This document shows positions 39,067 to 52,600 of a stretch of DNA of 64,000 nucleotides, one piece after another. Numbering within the stretch: position 1 is the stretch's first letter; every line of letters starts with the position of its first letter. The position numbers and the translations under genes are program-made. Source of the DNA: Fimbriosthenelais zetlandica (taxonomy: Eukaryota); NCBI GenBank assembly GCA_977030845.1, contig OZ365109.1:59830001-59894000 (forward strand), given 5' to 3'. The notes below the pieces were generated by a model. It saw only the letters and a program-made list of their open reading frames with translations. It was not told where the DNA came from and ran no database searches.

Positions 39067-39867
39067 GTAAGCTTTTTTCTACTAATAGCACCAAGAATAC
39101 CGAACTGGTCCAGTATTGATATCTTCATCCAACGGAAGAGGAAACTATATGGAAGCGAGTGTGTATGAACCAGATCGATCCTGGATTGGGTGTTTTTGTA
39201 GCACCTAACCCAACGTTGATGAAGGAAAAACGGCCATAGTCTATCAAAAAGTAGCTTCTTTTTTCAGAATTTACGAGCGATGCCCTCGCCAAAGTCATCA
39301 AACATAGCCTGTAGACAGGTCCACTCATAAAGCACACTTATAGCAGCAAGGTCGGCATCGTTAGTGGTAATAGCTGATGCATTAAGTGTTTATAAAACAT
39401 AACAGGATGAGGAGCACATTGAAGATAACGATCAGTGGTAATATATAGCAGAGATCAATGGGTGCAGACTCAGGTTGGCCAGTATAGCCAGAGTTATGTA
39501 TCTGACTTTGTTAAGAGCTTTGAAACTCTTACAGAGTGACACAGTGCATGTTATCATAGTCATACATGTCAAGAGTATATTATTTACTATTCCAAGACAA
39601 TGGGTAATGAATTTCCCTATAGGCCTACTTGCCTTTTCAACAATGTTAGAAGAATGATACTGGTGCAGATAATTCTTACCGTAAGAAGTTTGAATGCTTT
39701 GACTATGACCTTAGCCACAAGCAGCTAGCAATTGCTTCCCTTACTACAAGTATGTTTTATAATGCTCATTTGCCTTGCTGTTAGTATTGCTTGTTGGTTG
39801 ATGGATGCTTACCAGGGACATATTGCAATGAAGAGGAAACGTGCTGTTGGTTCTATGGCCTGCACTA

Positions 39868-39901
39868 ATCTATTGGCAAGAGTGATCTATTGGCAAGAGT
39901 G
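39868..39901. repeat. Perfect 17-bp tandem duplication (atctattggcaagagtg x2)
   Basis: Directly visible in the sequence. Confidence 0.9.
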
Positions 39902-39977
39902 GTTCTTTTGCACGTCACTCACAATAGACAGTGGTGCAGTATGCATATTGCTGAAAGGAGAAGGACAACAGAATATT

Positions 39978-40047
39978 GCTTGGGGAATCGAACCTGGGGC
40001 CTGCCATAACTACCTGAACCGTGGCCTTAACTCCACCCTATACTGCT
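39978..40047 (-). pseudogene. Degenerate tRNA-like / SINE-head remnant
   Basis: The minus strand has a perfect B box GGTTCGATTCC (plus 39984-39994) about 40 nt downstream of a loose A-box-like TAGGGTGGAGTTAAGGC. It does not fold into a cloverleaf. Confidence 0.3.
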
Positions 40048-40586
40048 GTTAGTGGAACCAGGCCTTTTTCCAAACTTAATTCTATATAAAACATCCTGTG
40101 ATGATACATCAATTTACTTATATCTGAGTATCCACAAGAAGCTATATTTGTTGTATTTGAACAGTGTCTTAAAACTTTACTCAACAATTGTAATAAAGGT
40201 TTGTACCATGCAAGACCTTTAAGCTGAGGGCCTGGAGAGCATGCCTCGGTGCAATGATGAGCTGCTCGTTGTTAAAGCTCGTTCTTAGTGAGCAGATGGT
40301 CAGAGGTCAAGCCTGGTAGTGATGCTGATGATCTGGAGCAAACAGCAAGGGACCCATGTCTGGCCACATGAAAGGGTTCCCAGCCTGTGATCATTCCCTC
40401 CGGAGAGATCCCCAGGCTAGTGTTTACTGCAGAGGAACATGAACATCTCCCATAGAGTTACTGAAGAAAAAATGACAAAGCACCATGTGTGTATACTCAG
40501 CGGGGAACATTACCTGGACCAAGGTGTTCAAGTAACAGCAACCCCAGGGAGGCATTCAGCATTGGTGAAAGGGAAGAAAAACCTAC

Positions 40587-40602
40587 AGAGAGAGAGAGAG
40601 AG
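40587..40602. repeat. (AG)8 microsatellite
   Basis: Directly visible. Confidence 0.9.
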
Positions 40603-43600
40603 AACTGCAGGAACGAGATGGGGGGATGGGCCCTGAAGAGAGGAATGGCAGTCACCTGGTTTTATATTCCACATGCAAATAATAAGACACTGTGCGTGTT
40701 TTACAGCTTAATATTTAATGCCAAGCCGTGATGTGATTTGATATGGGAAGCTCTCTTCTGGCTCCTCTTCCTATAGCTGGGATGAATAATGAATCCCCTC
40801 AGAGTTTTCCTTTATAATTATCATTCTATGAACTGCTGATTGGAAATGAATTATTACTGAGTCAGCCTCTCCTATCATGGCGGGGTTAATGAACATCTCG
40901 TACCAATTACACAGACCTTAATTTCATTAGATGCCTCCACGTCAGTGGTGCCTTCCAATCCCGAGGTCGAATTTGCAGTACCAAAGTCTACAAGGAAATA
41001 CAATTTTCTTTGACCTTTTTTTCTTTTTTCTCGCTGCTTGAATTCGTTGCATGAGCCTGTGGTAATATGGAAGAGGGCTTTTGTGACCCTGACAGTGACC
41101 CGGAAGGGTTAATACTCGAGGGTTAGATGGGGGATGTGCTGAGCATGGCTGTAGGAGACAGGTCAGGCAAGCGGATGTCACCTGGCATACGTTGCTGAAT
41201 TTTCAAGCCCTTTCCCAACCTGACAGCTACTATAATAACCAGGCTCCAACCTTAGGTATCATATGATCACCCGGCCAGCTATACCCAGCCATCCTTCCTC
41301 CTCATCCCACCTCAACCAGCCTCAAAAATTCCAACCTCGCCCACTGCATCATTCCAACCAACACTCACTCTCCCTCAAAGCTCCTAATACTGTCCCTGGT
41401 TTCCAAAACCGAATACTAGAAGCCAGCAGTTTATTTTCAAGGAAGCAGACTCGGACTAAGCCACGTTGATATATGGTTCTTCTTTATTGAGGCCCTTCAT
41501 ATGAAAATCACCATTCAATAAATGGATCCCTGACAGGCCTTCGCATACCAAATAGCTCGGCTGTTTTCTCTCTTCATTTCCGACGTGAGTCATATTTTTC
41601 ACTGTAATTGCATGATAATAACACTGCCATTGGAAATTCGAGAAGGATCAACAACTATCCTGGGATTATCCCACTTAGTTTGGTTACTATCATTTATCTC
41701 CCTTCCAGGGTGTTTAGAAAGATTTATCCGAATACCAGTATTTGCAGTTTCTCCTCGGCTGAGAGCCCTGCTTAATCTCCTTTCCTGCCCATACTCCGGT
41801 CTTACCACCACTGTCCTTTTTATTGTCCCTCTCGAATTTGCTGCAAAGCTAGCTTCAGCCGGGATGGGTGCCATTTGCATTTGGATGTGTCAATGGCTGA
41901 CAGAAGCTACTGTCTCCTCTATGCAATCTTAAAGTAGTCTATACTGCTCACACAGGAATTGGGCAGTCTTTGACATTGCTTAATATATGCACTCTCATGA
42001 TTTTAAGGGAAACTTCAATATTTCTGAGTATGAAAGATGTAGTAATAAAAGCAAATAAACCGTCTGCTAGTTGGATTCAATTTTGCCAGTAGGTTTATCC
42101 CGATATTGGAGGCCTTAATTTCCGAAAACTAATATTTTCACTTCTGTGTAATACATGGTACACTTCCTTTTTTAGTATCGGTTCCGCTGCTCTTCACATA
42201 TAGGGGGCCTTTGAAAGTATTAACTTATATATCAGGTATACATTGTCTCTATGCAACAAATGTCTATCTGTCTGGGCAACCTCTCAGTGTAATTGTGGCG
42301 TCTAATTGAATCGAAACTATTTGAGCAATTGACGTAAGAGGAAGGCAAGTAAGCAGTTTTAAATGTAGAGGGCTTCTAAATTATGGCTGTGATTTATTGC
42401 CTTTCACTAAACACTTGGCATTGACTGTCCACCTAGTCCTGCTACAACTATAGAAGAGCATCATTATGGGATGCATCGGACCCCACACTTTGTTGAACAT
42501 TTTCTGGCTCAAACGTCATCCATTCATTCAAAACTTGTCTTGAGGGTTGCACATCATAATAATATTTGTGTCCACAGGGACATGATAGCAAATTATTAAA
42601 GAGCTTAGTTGCTTGGAGCAAAGTAATTGCGAACTGTTTTGACAGCCGGATTTAACAGTATAAATGTATTGCACTTGCTTGTTACTATAATAATTTTCTG
42701 ACATTACTCTCTGACATTTTGATTAGAGTTATATACATGTCTATACAATTCATATGGAAGTAAAATTTTTACTTCTATAACCTGAATAGTGTGAATCAAG
42801 GTAAAATTGTATGGGAATGATTCGTTATCAGTTACTTCTGCACTTCACATGAGTAACATACGACACATATTAGAGCTGGACTCTCTCACGTCAGTCCACC
42901 TTCGTGCATGGGACATCTCAAAGGAAGAGGAAATCATCTAATGCACGCAGATAGCGAGCTGAATCTTTGTTACGTTAGAAAAGTGATTCTCAAAGAAGAC
43001 ATCCTGGATCATCTGGATGGCCTGAAGCATGTGACCTTTGCTGGGCACTTCTCCAGCTTTCACCTATCATGCGATACAGTCATTATTTGACCAAGCCCCG
43101 GTAAGAACGTTTCCAGCCATGATGTCCAGCACATTATTGCATTCTTTTGTCGACTTGTGACACAGGAGGATGCAGAATTTATCATCGCCTGTAGGCTTGA
43201 GGTATTCACATTGGGCTGAAGGGGCTCATTATATTCACTGGCCCGGGCCGCGATAGCGGCAGTGTGGCTGGCAGGGTGCTGCCAAAGAGAATTAAATTCA
43301 ATCCTCGAGATTCCATGGTGATCTCGCTGGCTATGCAAAATATGACCAACGTGTGAATCGATGGAGTATATCACATTGAGTCTGGCTTGGTGTGGGGGAT
43401 CATGGCATCGAGTCAGTCATATTGTGCAGCCTCAGCCACTAGGATCCAATCTTCACCAAGTCTTGAGGCAAGTTCGCATGTTGCCTTCTGATTGCACGTA
43501 GGTGTGATCTAATCTGATGTATTCTCAGTAGACCTTCACTTGGTGCTGGCGTGTTGCTGACTGGCACTGATGAAGTGATAAGATCTTTCAAGGTTGTTAC

Positions 43601-46600
43601 ATCCCCACCGAAGGGTTGAATGTCAAAATCGCTGATCACTACAGGCGGCTGTGCCATGAATAGGAAGCTCGAAACTTTGTAAGGAAGATTCGGGTGTCTT
43701 CGAAAAGTCCTGATATGCCTTTTAACTAAAAGATTGAATCTGCATTGTATATTGAGGTACATGGGACTCAAGTGTATACACAGGGATTTCAACGCAGGTG
43801 TTTTGGTACCTTGACGTTCTATCTCCATGTAATATAGATGCAGAAATGAACATTCTCTGTGCTGTTATCATGGATGTTTATTATCGTATTGTGTGGAAAG
43901 GTATTGATTGAACATTACTCTTCTTGGAGAAGTATTCAGCAAATACTTTCGGCATGTTCAGCCTATTGCCTATATATATCATTACAATTCCACATGTGAA
44001 TGTTCTGCATTCTTCCCACATTTATCAACCATGTGTATACATCTTAATTATTTATAATATCTGAAGAATATGTTTTGTAATTTATAGTTCTATTTAGAAT
44101 GCGATGTTTCATCACACATATTGCTGACTCTCTTGAGGCTTCAGTGTTGCAGCAGTGAGTTCTCATTGTATATATAGACTTAGAAGGTAGTTTTTTCAGC
44201 AATACAGATGATTTGCTTGAGCCGGTCTGGTGTTGGGACTACCATCACCTCTTGCAGACTGTATCACACGAGCCGTGTCATGACGTGCCATGCTGAAAAG
44301 AGACGTGGAAACCAGCAAAGGCATACTGCTAACTATCCCAAGGCAGGACATAGTGGGGGCTCAGTGAGGCGGCATGTTGACATAAAAGCAGGGGGGCTCC
44401 GTCACAACGTCAGAGCTAATTGAACTGTCAGACTGGTGGGGAGTGAGGAAAAGCCACGCTAATGCCCACCGACAAAATGGCAAGGCAAGGCTTTTTGGGA
44501 CCAGCCGTAAATCCAAGCTCTTGCACGTGGACACGGGTCGGACTGAGAGGGAAGAGGAATAATTGATGCCGTCTTAGGCTGGAACCATCTCTGCGGGGGA
44601 TGTTCCCAAGTCAGCTTTGTTTTAAACTTAAGGGGTCCCCTTAGTCACCAGAAGCTCTGGGATAACTCAACAGAGTGTGGCAACCTTTTATGCCAAAGAG
44701 ATGGGGAATCTTGCAAAAAGTCTACATGGATTTACCAAATCTCACCCATCTTATATATGCACTTAGAAGTTGAAGCATCTAGATCTTAGTATTTCCTTCC
44801 ATATACGGCTCTTCTTGAAAGATGCTTCATCCTATCCCGAGGGGTGCATTTTCTTCCCATAGTTCAACAAACTTTATTCCATCTGTTCTGGCTACTACGA
44901 AGTTAGTTAATCTAAGGGTGTTAATATTTATATATGTATAATAAATAATTGAAAAGTCTCAATAATAGACAGCATCAGTATCAAACTATATGATAGCATA
45001 TTATGTGCATTGACATCGTCGATATTTCAGTACTTGATTCGATACCTGCAAACCTAATAAGATTTCCAGCTGGGCGTTAGGCCTACTTATTCAAGAGAGC
45101 CGGAGATATACTGCTAGGGCTTATACGTATATGTTGGGTTTAATGAATGGTCGTTACTTGATAATGTCTTCAAAAAAAACCCACAGTTAACCTTGAGGAA
45201 ATTGGAGCCCAGCCGGGAAGCTCCAAATGAAATTTAATATACTTTACCTGAAATTAGTTCCTCAACTTTTCTCCTGCAGTAAAGAAGACATATTGGATGG
45301 CACATCCCTGCGGACCTTACTGATTAGGGAAAACAGGCTTGATTAAAAGGAACCCATTCCTTGATTGAAATACTGGGTGGCAGACGAAAACGGCCATCTA
45401 TTTTAACCGTTTAGGTTTGCTTGCTGACTCGGAGGCTATTTCAGTGAGGAGTATATGGAATTAGGAATCAGCAGAAGGCGGCTTGTACAGTAACAAGATG
45501 GCTTCCACTAATAGGAGAGTCTATGGGGGAAATTGATGTATAGCAGCAGCTCCTCGCCACAAGCAAGACAATAGATTATGGAAGCTTCACACTGAGAGAT
45601 TACACTTTTTCTCCTCCCACCACACATCATATTATCTTGAAAATTTCCAGATGGATGCCAAGGATCTGAGCAGTTCATCCGTCAAACCTGCTGCTGTACT
45701 CAGTATTCATGAGGTTGTCTTGAAAACTTTTAAACAGGATATCCATTCGCAAGACCTATGTTCATGAGTCTGACCTTAGATCATTTGTGTGTGGCCCTAT
45801 CTGTATTTAAGTGACCCTCACTCTCCGGACACACCTGCCTGGACGGGGGCAAGTGACCATACGTTATCGAGACCGGAGTTGGAGGAAGCATCCATTAACA
45901 GCAACCAAATCTCTGGAGGAGGACCAGTGATTGGTTGCCTGAACAGATGGAGCTCTTGGCAATGTCTCCCCGGGGCAACAGTCTTCCCGAGCTCAAAATT
46001 AAGTTTCACTGCATGTATTGCATTGGCAGTGAAGGAAGCCTCTCCCCCAGAGCTCCATATTACATTTGTACAATGGTCACATTGCCTCCCTCCAAGTGCA
46101 CATTGCCTGATTTGGCCTGAGACCTTAATGGCAAATAAACAAGTGGCCCACACACTGTCCTTTATGTTGCCCATCCGGAATGGCTGCAGCCAAGGTTTCA
46201 TGGTGGAATTGATGTAATGATACAATTGATATGAAAGGACCAAAGTCTGAGAGGTCCTTGCTATAGCAATCAATCAAGGAAATGGACTTCACCTAACAAC
46301 TGTTTGTGAGAAGCTATGAGGAATATGGTTCACAAATGCTATTGCCTCAGGCCAATACACATCTAAGCTTATATCAGTTCTTGGTAATAGGACAAAGCGA
46401 GAGACGCTATTGAAAATGCATGAGATATTTATCATATTGTCAAAGCAATGACCCATTCCTTTGACAAATTGTTGAAGAAGGATGATGGCACTGTCAGTCT
46501 TATAGCTAGACCACCAACCCTTTCCCCCTAATCTCACACAGTGAGATTAGATATTTTCACCCATGCATACATTCGCTGATTTTATCATTACTGTTCTGCA

Positions 46601-49600
46601 GTACCCTAGTATAATGAACTCATTCAGGTCAAGTACAGAAGGGACTGCACTTGGCCTTTGTGGGGAACCTTCTAGACCTCCTTCTGTACTGCCATGAAGA
46701 TTCCCTGGACCCGGGATCATCCTAATTGGTACCAATTAGTCTTGAATACTCTTCTTGCATGCAGTTCACGGTCCGGGGATTATCGCCGGGTCAGACTCAG
46801 GAAAGGGCTTTTACCGTTCAGCTATAGGAAGAAGAAGCCGAGATGTCTTGGAGTAGCTCCATGAACTGTAGAGTTGCTCTATGGCTGGATTCCCTATCCA
46901 AGTCCCCCCTAGTTACTAAGTCTGGGTCTTTCTTCCGAGTCATTACGATCCTGTCAGCCCTGCCATTGGCAGTCCCTGCTCGACCCCTCCAGTAGCCCTG
47001 ATATGAGCGTGTAAGCCCCAATCGCTGGTGCCTGATCACTGCATCTCTATTTTTGGTTGTGGGAAATGATCGCTGATATCACTGGACCAAATCTATTTGC
47101 CATCAGCTCTACCCAGATAGCGTCCCTGATGGCCAAGGGACCTGACCTGGTTACCTTATCATCCATTGTGTTGTACTGGATGTTCTCTATACCATATAGC
47201 AAATACTTACTGAGTGTGCAACAGCTTTTGAGTCGACTATAATACAATCATTAGGTATATAGACACAGATATTATTTGATATTGCTTGTCCATTGACATG
47301 TATGTAGCCTACATTGATTTGCGCCAAGTACCAAATATAACAATGAGTTACCGACATTTTAAAAAGTGGCAATGGTTTAATTTTCTGCTGCTATGTTAAA
47401 GATGTGCGTTCCATCCTTCCGGATTTGCTTACATTGCGAAATCCATTCAGTGACGTCAGCCATCTTTTCTTTGCGTAGGGCCAATCACTTGTTATCTCCA
47501 CAACTCTCCCATACATTTTGAGATGAGATACTGATAACAACATAAATCTCTCCACGACTATTGCCTCGGGACGGTGAATGCGGGGAGTCCCAAGAGGGCA
47601 ATAAGATAAGTGTAGCAGTCTATTGGCAGAGTCATCTGTTATATGTGGACACTTAATTATGATTCATGTGAGATTCCACGGGTACATTTGGTGCCATCAA
47701 TTGTATACGTACCCTCTAATACTATGTCCTGCTTCTTGCATTATTTTCTACCTGCAAAGCATTGATTGCATTAGGACCTGAATCCTTATATAAAACTACT
47801 ATAGAGCAAGAAGTATTGACTTTAGTACAGTAAGACAACTTGGCACTTTATAGCAATGATAGCTTTGATTCATCGGTATAATAATCATTATGCTATTTAA
47901 TAGTAGACCCCTGAACCGTGTGCTATTCGGTCACTTATGCCGTTGAATGCTCATAACTTATTCTAACACCATCTGAAATGTTAGCCAATGAATCCCCCCT
48001 GAGAGATTCATGCTTCATAAAATGCGAACCTTCCAATTCGTGCATATTCATGGTTTCAACGTGAATATCCAAGAGATGAATTGTGATGTCAAAAAGGCGT
48101 GATATCAGTGGCATGTTGCCCTTTAAGGTCGCCAGGGTGTGTGTGGGGCTTCCACAGGTCAGTTCCTGTGTGGCATGAGCTTGCCAATGAACTGGCATGT
48201 GGCCCTTTGCACTTTAAAGCAGTGATATCTGTGAAATAAATTGCCATTAAAGACATTAATAATGTCATATTTCAGGGTAAAAACGTTGATCGTTAAGCCA
48301 TATACTAGATATTGCAGATTGGACTACTTTACTATTAATACAAATTAATACAAATGGATTTATTTTTTACAGCTTGGTGGTATATTTTTATTTTGTCTCG
48401 TGGCAAATACAAGGATGTTTCACCTGAATGCAAAGTGGCACAGCCTGAGAATAATCATTGGAAATTGAGTTTGGTACAGAAATTGATACATTGCGTTATA
48501 ATGCAGGGCAGTTGCGAAGAGTCTAACAATCAACCTGCAGTGGACACGGTGGAATATCACGCTGTCATATCAATTCAGCCTGCTGGCGGGTGATGGACTT
48601 GGCCCTTAGGTCTGTTCATCCAGCTGTAGCCTACCAATGGGAGGGTTCATGTTTCCTTCCACTCATGCATTAGACTGTGAAGGGCTCCACTGCTTTGCTC
48701 TGACTTGCATACTGGCTGCCAGGCCCAGTCAATACCATAGTATACAAGCGGCCGGATTCTTGCCCGGTGGGTCTAAGTCCTGATACTTCCCTTGACGACC
48801 ACGGTCTATATCGGGACCAATGAGTAGCTCGGAGAGCGAGCAATAAAGACCTGTCCATTGGACTCGCTAGTCCCACGGGCAGACAGAGTTTCCTACCCAC
48901 ATCTTTAATCAGAAGTAATCACTGCAATGCCAGGCACCACTGACTTGCTCATGGCGACCATAGCAAAGAGCAGCTCAGTTCTCTTTAGTTGCCCATCTAT
49001 TGCCTTACCTTGGTTTCTTTAAGGATTACATCCCAGGGTCTGGCATTTAGACTGCTGCTATATGAGAGTGTAGTTGCATTTAATAGTGCTTTACTCTAGG
49101 TCTTTAGAAGTGTTTGGGAAATACAAATCAATATCCAAGACCAGTTATTAATCGATTGCTTATTTTATTGCTTTCATTGATGGGGATACTTTCTGATTTC
49201 ATTTGGTTTCATTTTCCTGTTATTGATCACCAATATAGTTTTATCAATTCTTGCCCACTTTTCTCGATCTGCAACTGATTGCTCATCAAAAGCAAAATCC
49301 ATGAGATGAATTCATGTTAGTCCACTTGGTGAATGGTTATGTGCTAACACACTTTGCCAGTGTCCACCGATCCAGGCTTTTATAATATGGTATAAGCCAG
49401 TAACATAGAGAATGAGTAGGAATGCTATCAGATTTCTTATTCAACACCTTCCGTTGAGGGTCCAGGTAAGGATGTGTGTATGTGCCCTAATCAATACACA
49501 TAGTGTGACGGGAGGCCTCTCAGTGTCAGACTTCTGCTACAAGCAGGCATGATTGATCCCACCTTCTCGTGTTGCGTTCTGCTGGAGATATGGCAAACAT

Positions 49601-52600
49601 CTAGCGCTCATTGGGCGACCATTCGTGCAGCAGCATTGCTATTACTTATTGAAAAGCACCTCCTCACAACCCTTACGATTGATGTGTGGAACCAAGAGAG
49701 GGCTTAACGACATGACAGGGCTTGTCTAGACTGGTGGTGAGAGAGGAGAAGAAGCCAGATACGGGATGCCAGATGGCAGTTCCCTCTTTTGCAATATGCA
49801 CGAAGCATGGCAAGGCATTGTACTAGACACGTTCGGAATTCTCGTGCATTTCCAGATTTAATCTCTTTTAAAACAAGGCGGACATGAGGAGTGAAAGGGA
49901 CTCGATTCCTGTATAGATTCGCCTTGAATTAAAACAGTCAGAAATTGTAGCAAGGGCTCTCCACAACTCTCCTCCCTTCAAAAAGTCTCTAGGCGTTAAT
50001 TGATGTTCATTCTCTTTGAGCGGAACCGAACTGTCGTAAAAGTTCAAGGAAATTTGGACGGGCAAAAAAGCACTATTGGAAATGTTTCCAACGATCTGTT
50101 CCAGAGCGGGGGGAAAACCAGCTCAAAATAATTAGGAAACATGATTAGCAACATCCCATCCAATCAGAAGGTGTGTTACAAAAAAGTAGAAGGTGGATAG
50201 TGGTGAATGTGACTGACGTTTCTTATGGACTTTCAACACCTTCTGTCCTCCACTCCAGTGGCAAAGGAAGCCATCTTGAATAGTTGCCATCCAACACCAC
50301 ACGGGGGCGTCGTGACGGCGTTTCGAGGCCCATTATACTGCATTGTCCATCAAGGAGAAGAGAGGGCAGGGCTGATGGTCAGCTTTCGAGGTGTTAGGGC
50401 ATTACCGAGGTGACTGCTAATGGTCGGCAAGGACAGTATGCCCTTGGCAACCGTGACCTTCCTGGCAAGCACTGCTGCTCACTATGGCTAACGGCTGTAC
50501 ATACCTGCCTTCCTGGCCAGATCCTAATAAATCACATCAATTAAGAGGCCTTTCTCAGTAAGCATCTGAAAGTAGAACTTTTGCTATAATGTATTTGTCA
50601 CTGCTTAATTGACTATTGCTATATCCCACATTGAAAAAGCATTGAACGGTTTCATGATGTATACCCCACAGTACTGCCTGGCGAATCATGCATTATTCTC
50701 TGCTACTGATGCAGTGGATTTACCATAGGAAAAGCACAATGGTTTAGATTAATATAATACCTCATTCGGTTGAGGGGTTTATATGAAGCGTCCTGTGGAA
50801 TATCTTGGTGGCGCCAAAAGGAATTAGGGTTTCAAGAAGAGTAAGCCCTGCCTTTGACCTCAAGTTGAACGATGCATCAGTCCATGGCAAGCACTTGTCA
50901 GTATGGACACTGTCATGAATCCATGCTCCATTATACAGGAGACGACCATATCAAAATGGTCACTCTCTCTGTTACCCATGCCCCCTTCCCATAAAGGCCA
51001 GTCACATCGTGGTAATGCACCAGTCTATGACAACATAATCACGCCTAGTCGAATGGAAGACCAATGATTTTCTCATCGACAAGTTTTTCTGACCGAGAGG
51101 TTTGCCTCTTGACTGGGCGAGGTGCACGGGGTGGTTTGCTGGTTGGGTGATGCTGGCACACTAGTCCAGTGCTGAAGATATCTTTAAAATGATGACAACA
51201 AAAAGAGGCAAATTTCATGACGTCGACTCCCATGGTTGCCAAAAATTTCGAATACCCCTGGGGGATTTGGATGGGGTCAACGGTACGCTCAACCTTGGGG
51301 AGTGTTGGATTATGTAGGGAGACCATTGGGTCTCATTTGAACGACCCGGACACTTGGCCTGGAGGAGCTCAATGGTGGGCTAAATGCCGCATCCCCCAGG
51401 ACAAGACCTACACGACATGTTTGGGTTTAAGGTCCCTGTTAAAGGCGGTCAAAGAGGATTACCTGATGACAGATGTCAAGATAAGTTATCTGTATGGCGA
51501 GATTGTCTGCAAGAAACTGTATGTGCACCACATGCATTGCTTCAAAACTTGAGGCATATCTCAAAGAAATTAATGAATAAGCCCTTAATATGAGTATTTT
51601 GTTCCATGTGACTTTTGAACAGTTCCAAGCATTCCACAATTAACAAGAATCAGTCACATAAAAGTGTGTCAGTTTTCAGGGGCAAGGAAAGACATCAGGT
51701 ATTATTTCACGTTATGTAACGTTATTCCCCTTGAAAGGAAATGAACCTCCACTGTGGAAAAGGTCTCACTGAATTACCACAGCATGTCCTCAGCAAGTGG
51801 AATGACACGTTATGGGTACGTGACAGTTCCTTTTATTTTTCTTTTGTGCATTTTATCCAAATGACAGGATCTCAGAATTAAAGTCGATAGTGTCCTTGAT
51901 GTTTTTTCATCTCGCCTTTTGATGTCCTTGGCAACCCCTTGGAGCGGGTGACTTTGACTCCTGTTTGCTACCAGAGTTGTTAATTTTCGGTTTCCAGCAA
52001 TCATGATTGATTTTTTTTCAAAAACCTGTGGTCGTGTCCACCTGTGCGGACCACAGCGTTTGTTACTTGAATGGAAATCATTGGAAACACAAGGTTCTTC
52101 AAACATTGATTAAACTGTTCTTTAAAACCAGGGCACCGACTTGAGGAGACTTCTGCAAGAGCAATTTGTGAAGAGCGAAATAGTGACAACCCGAAACAAG
52201 CTGAAACTATGAAAATTACAATTTTAATTGCTCTGTCCATCGGTTAACCTATTAATCAAGTTCCATTTCCTTCACTGAAAAATAGTAGATGCATCTTTTT
52301 ATTTGCTTGACACAAATAAAACTGGAATGTAAAGCAATGTTATATTGACCCAATATCGTTATATAACCCCACTGAGCTTTGTAATTTTGATGTTTTGTTG
52401 TAGATGCTAATGGGCATCATTGAAGTAGCAAATTCAATTTGGGTATGCATGTTAGAATGAAGATGAGGCTGTCATTGTAGCTCAGTTGGACGTCCCTTGT
52501 GTGAAGCTGTATAGAGGCAAAGCGACTCTATGACACTCAGGAGATATTATAAGCATATCATTATCAGAGCTCTATGACAGGCTCAAGCAGGCCTCTCACT

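Noticed and set aside
40254-40328. C/D-box snoRNA-like spacing (ATGATGA...CTGA)
   Set aside because: No terminal stem and no recognisable antisense rRNA guide.
43439-43828. 129-aa minus-strand ORF with protein-like composition
   Set aside because: No recognisable family and no splice or start context; left unannotated.
45789-46273. Overlapping 142-aa and 151-aa ORFs on opposite strands
   Set aside because: Non-ATG starts and no motifs; a GC-richer block with few stops.
52323-52334. 12-nt match to the 5' end of miR-1 (TGGAATGTAAAG)
   Set aside because: The rest of the mature sequence differs and there is no complementary arm or hairpin.
52478-52489. Perfect tRNA A box TAGCTCAGTTGG
   Set aside because: No B box or cloverleaf downstream.
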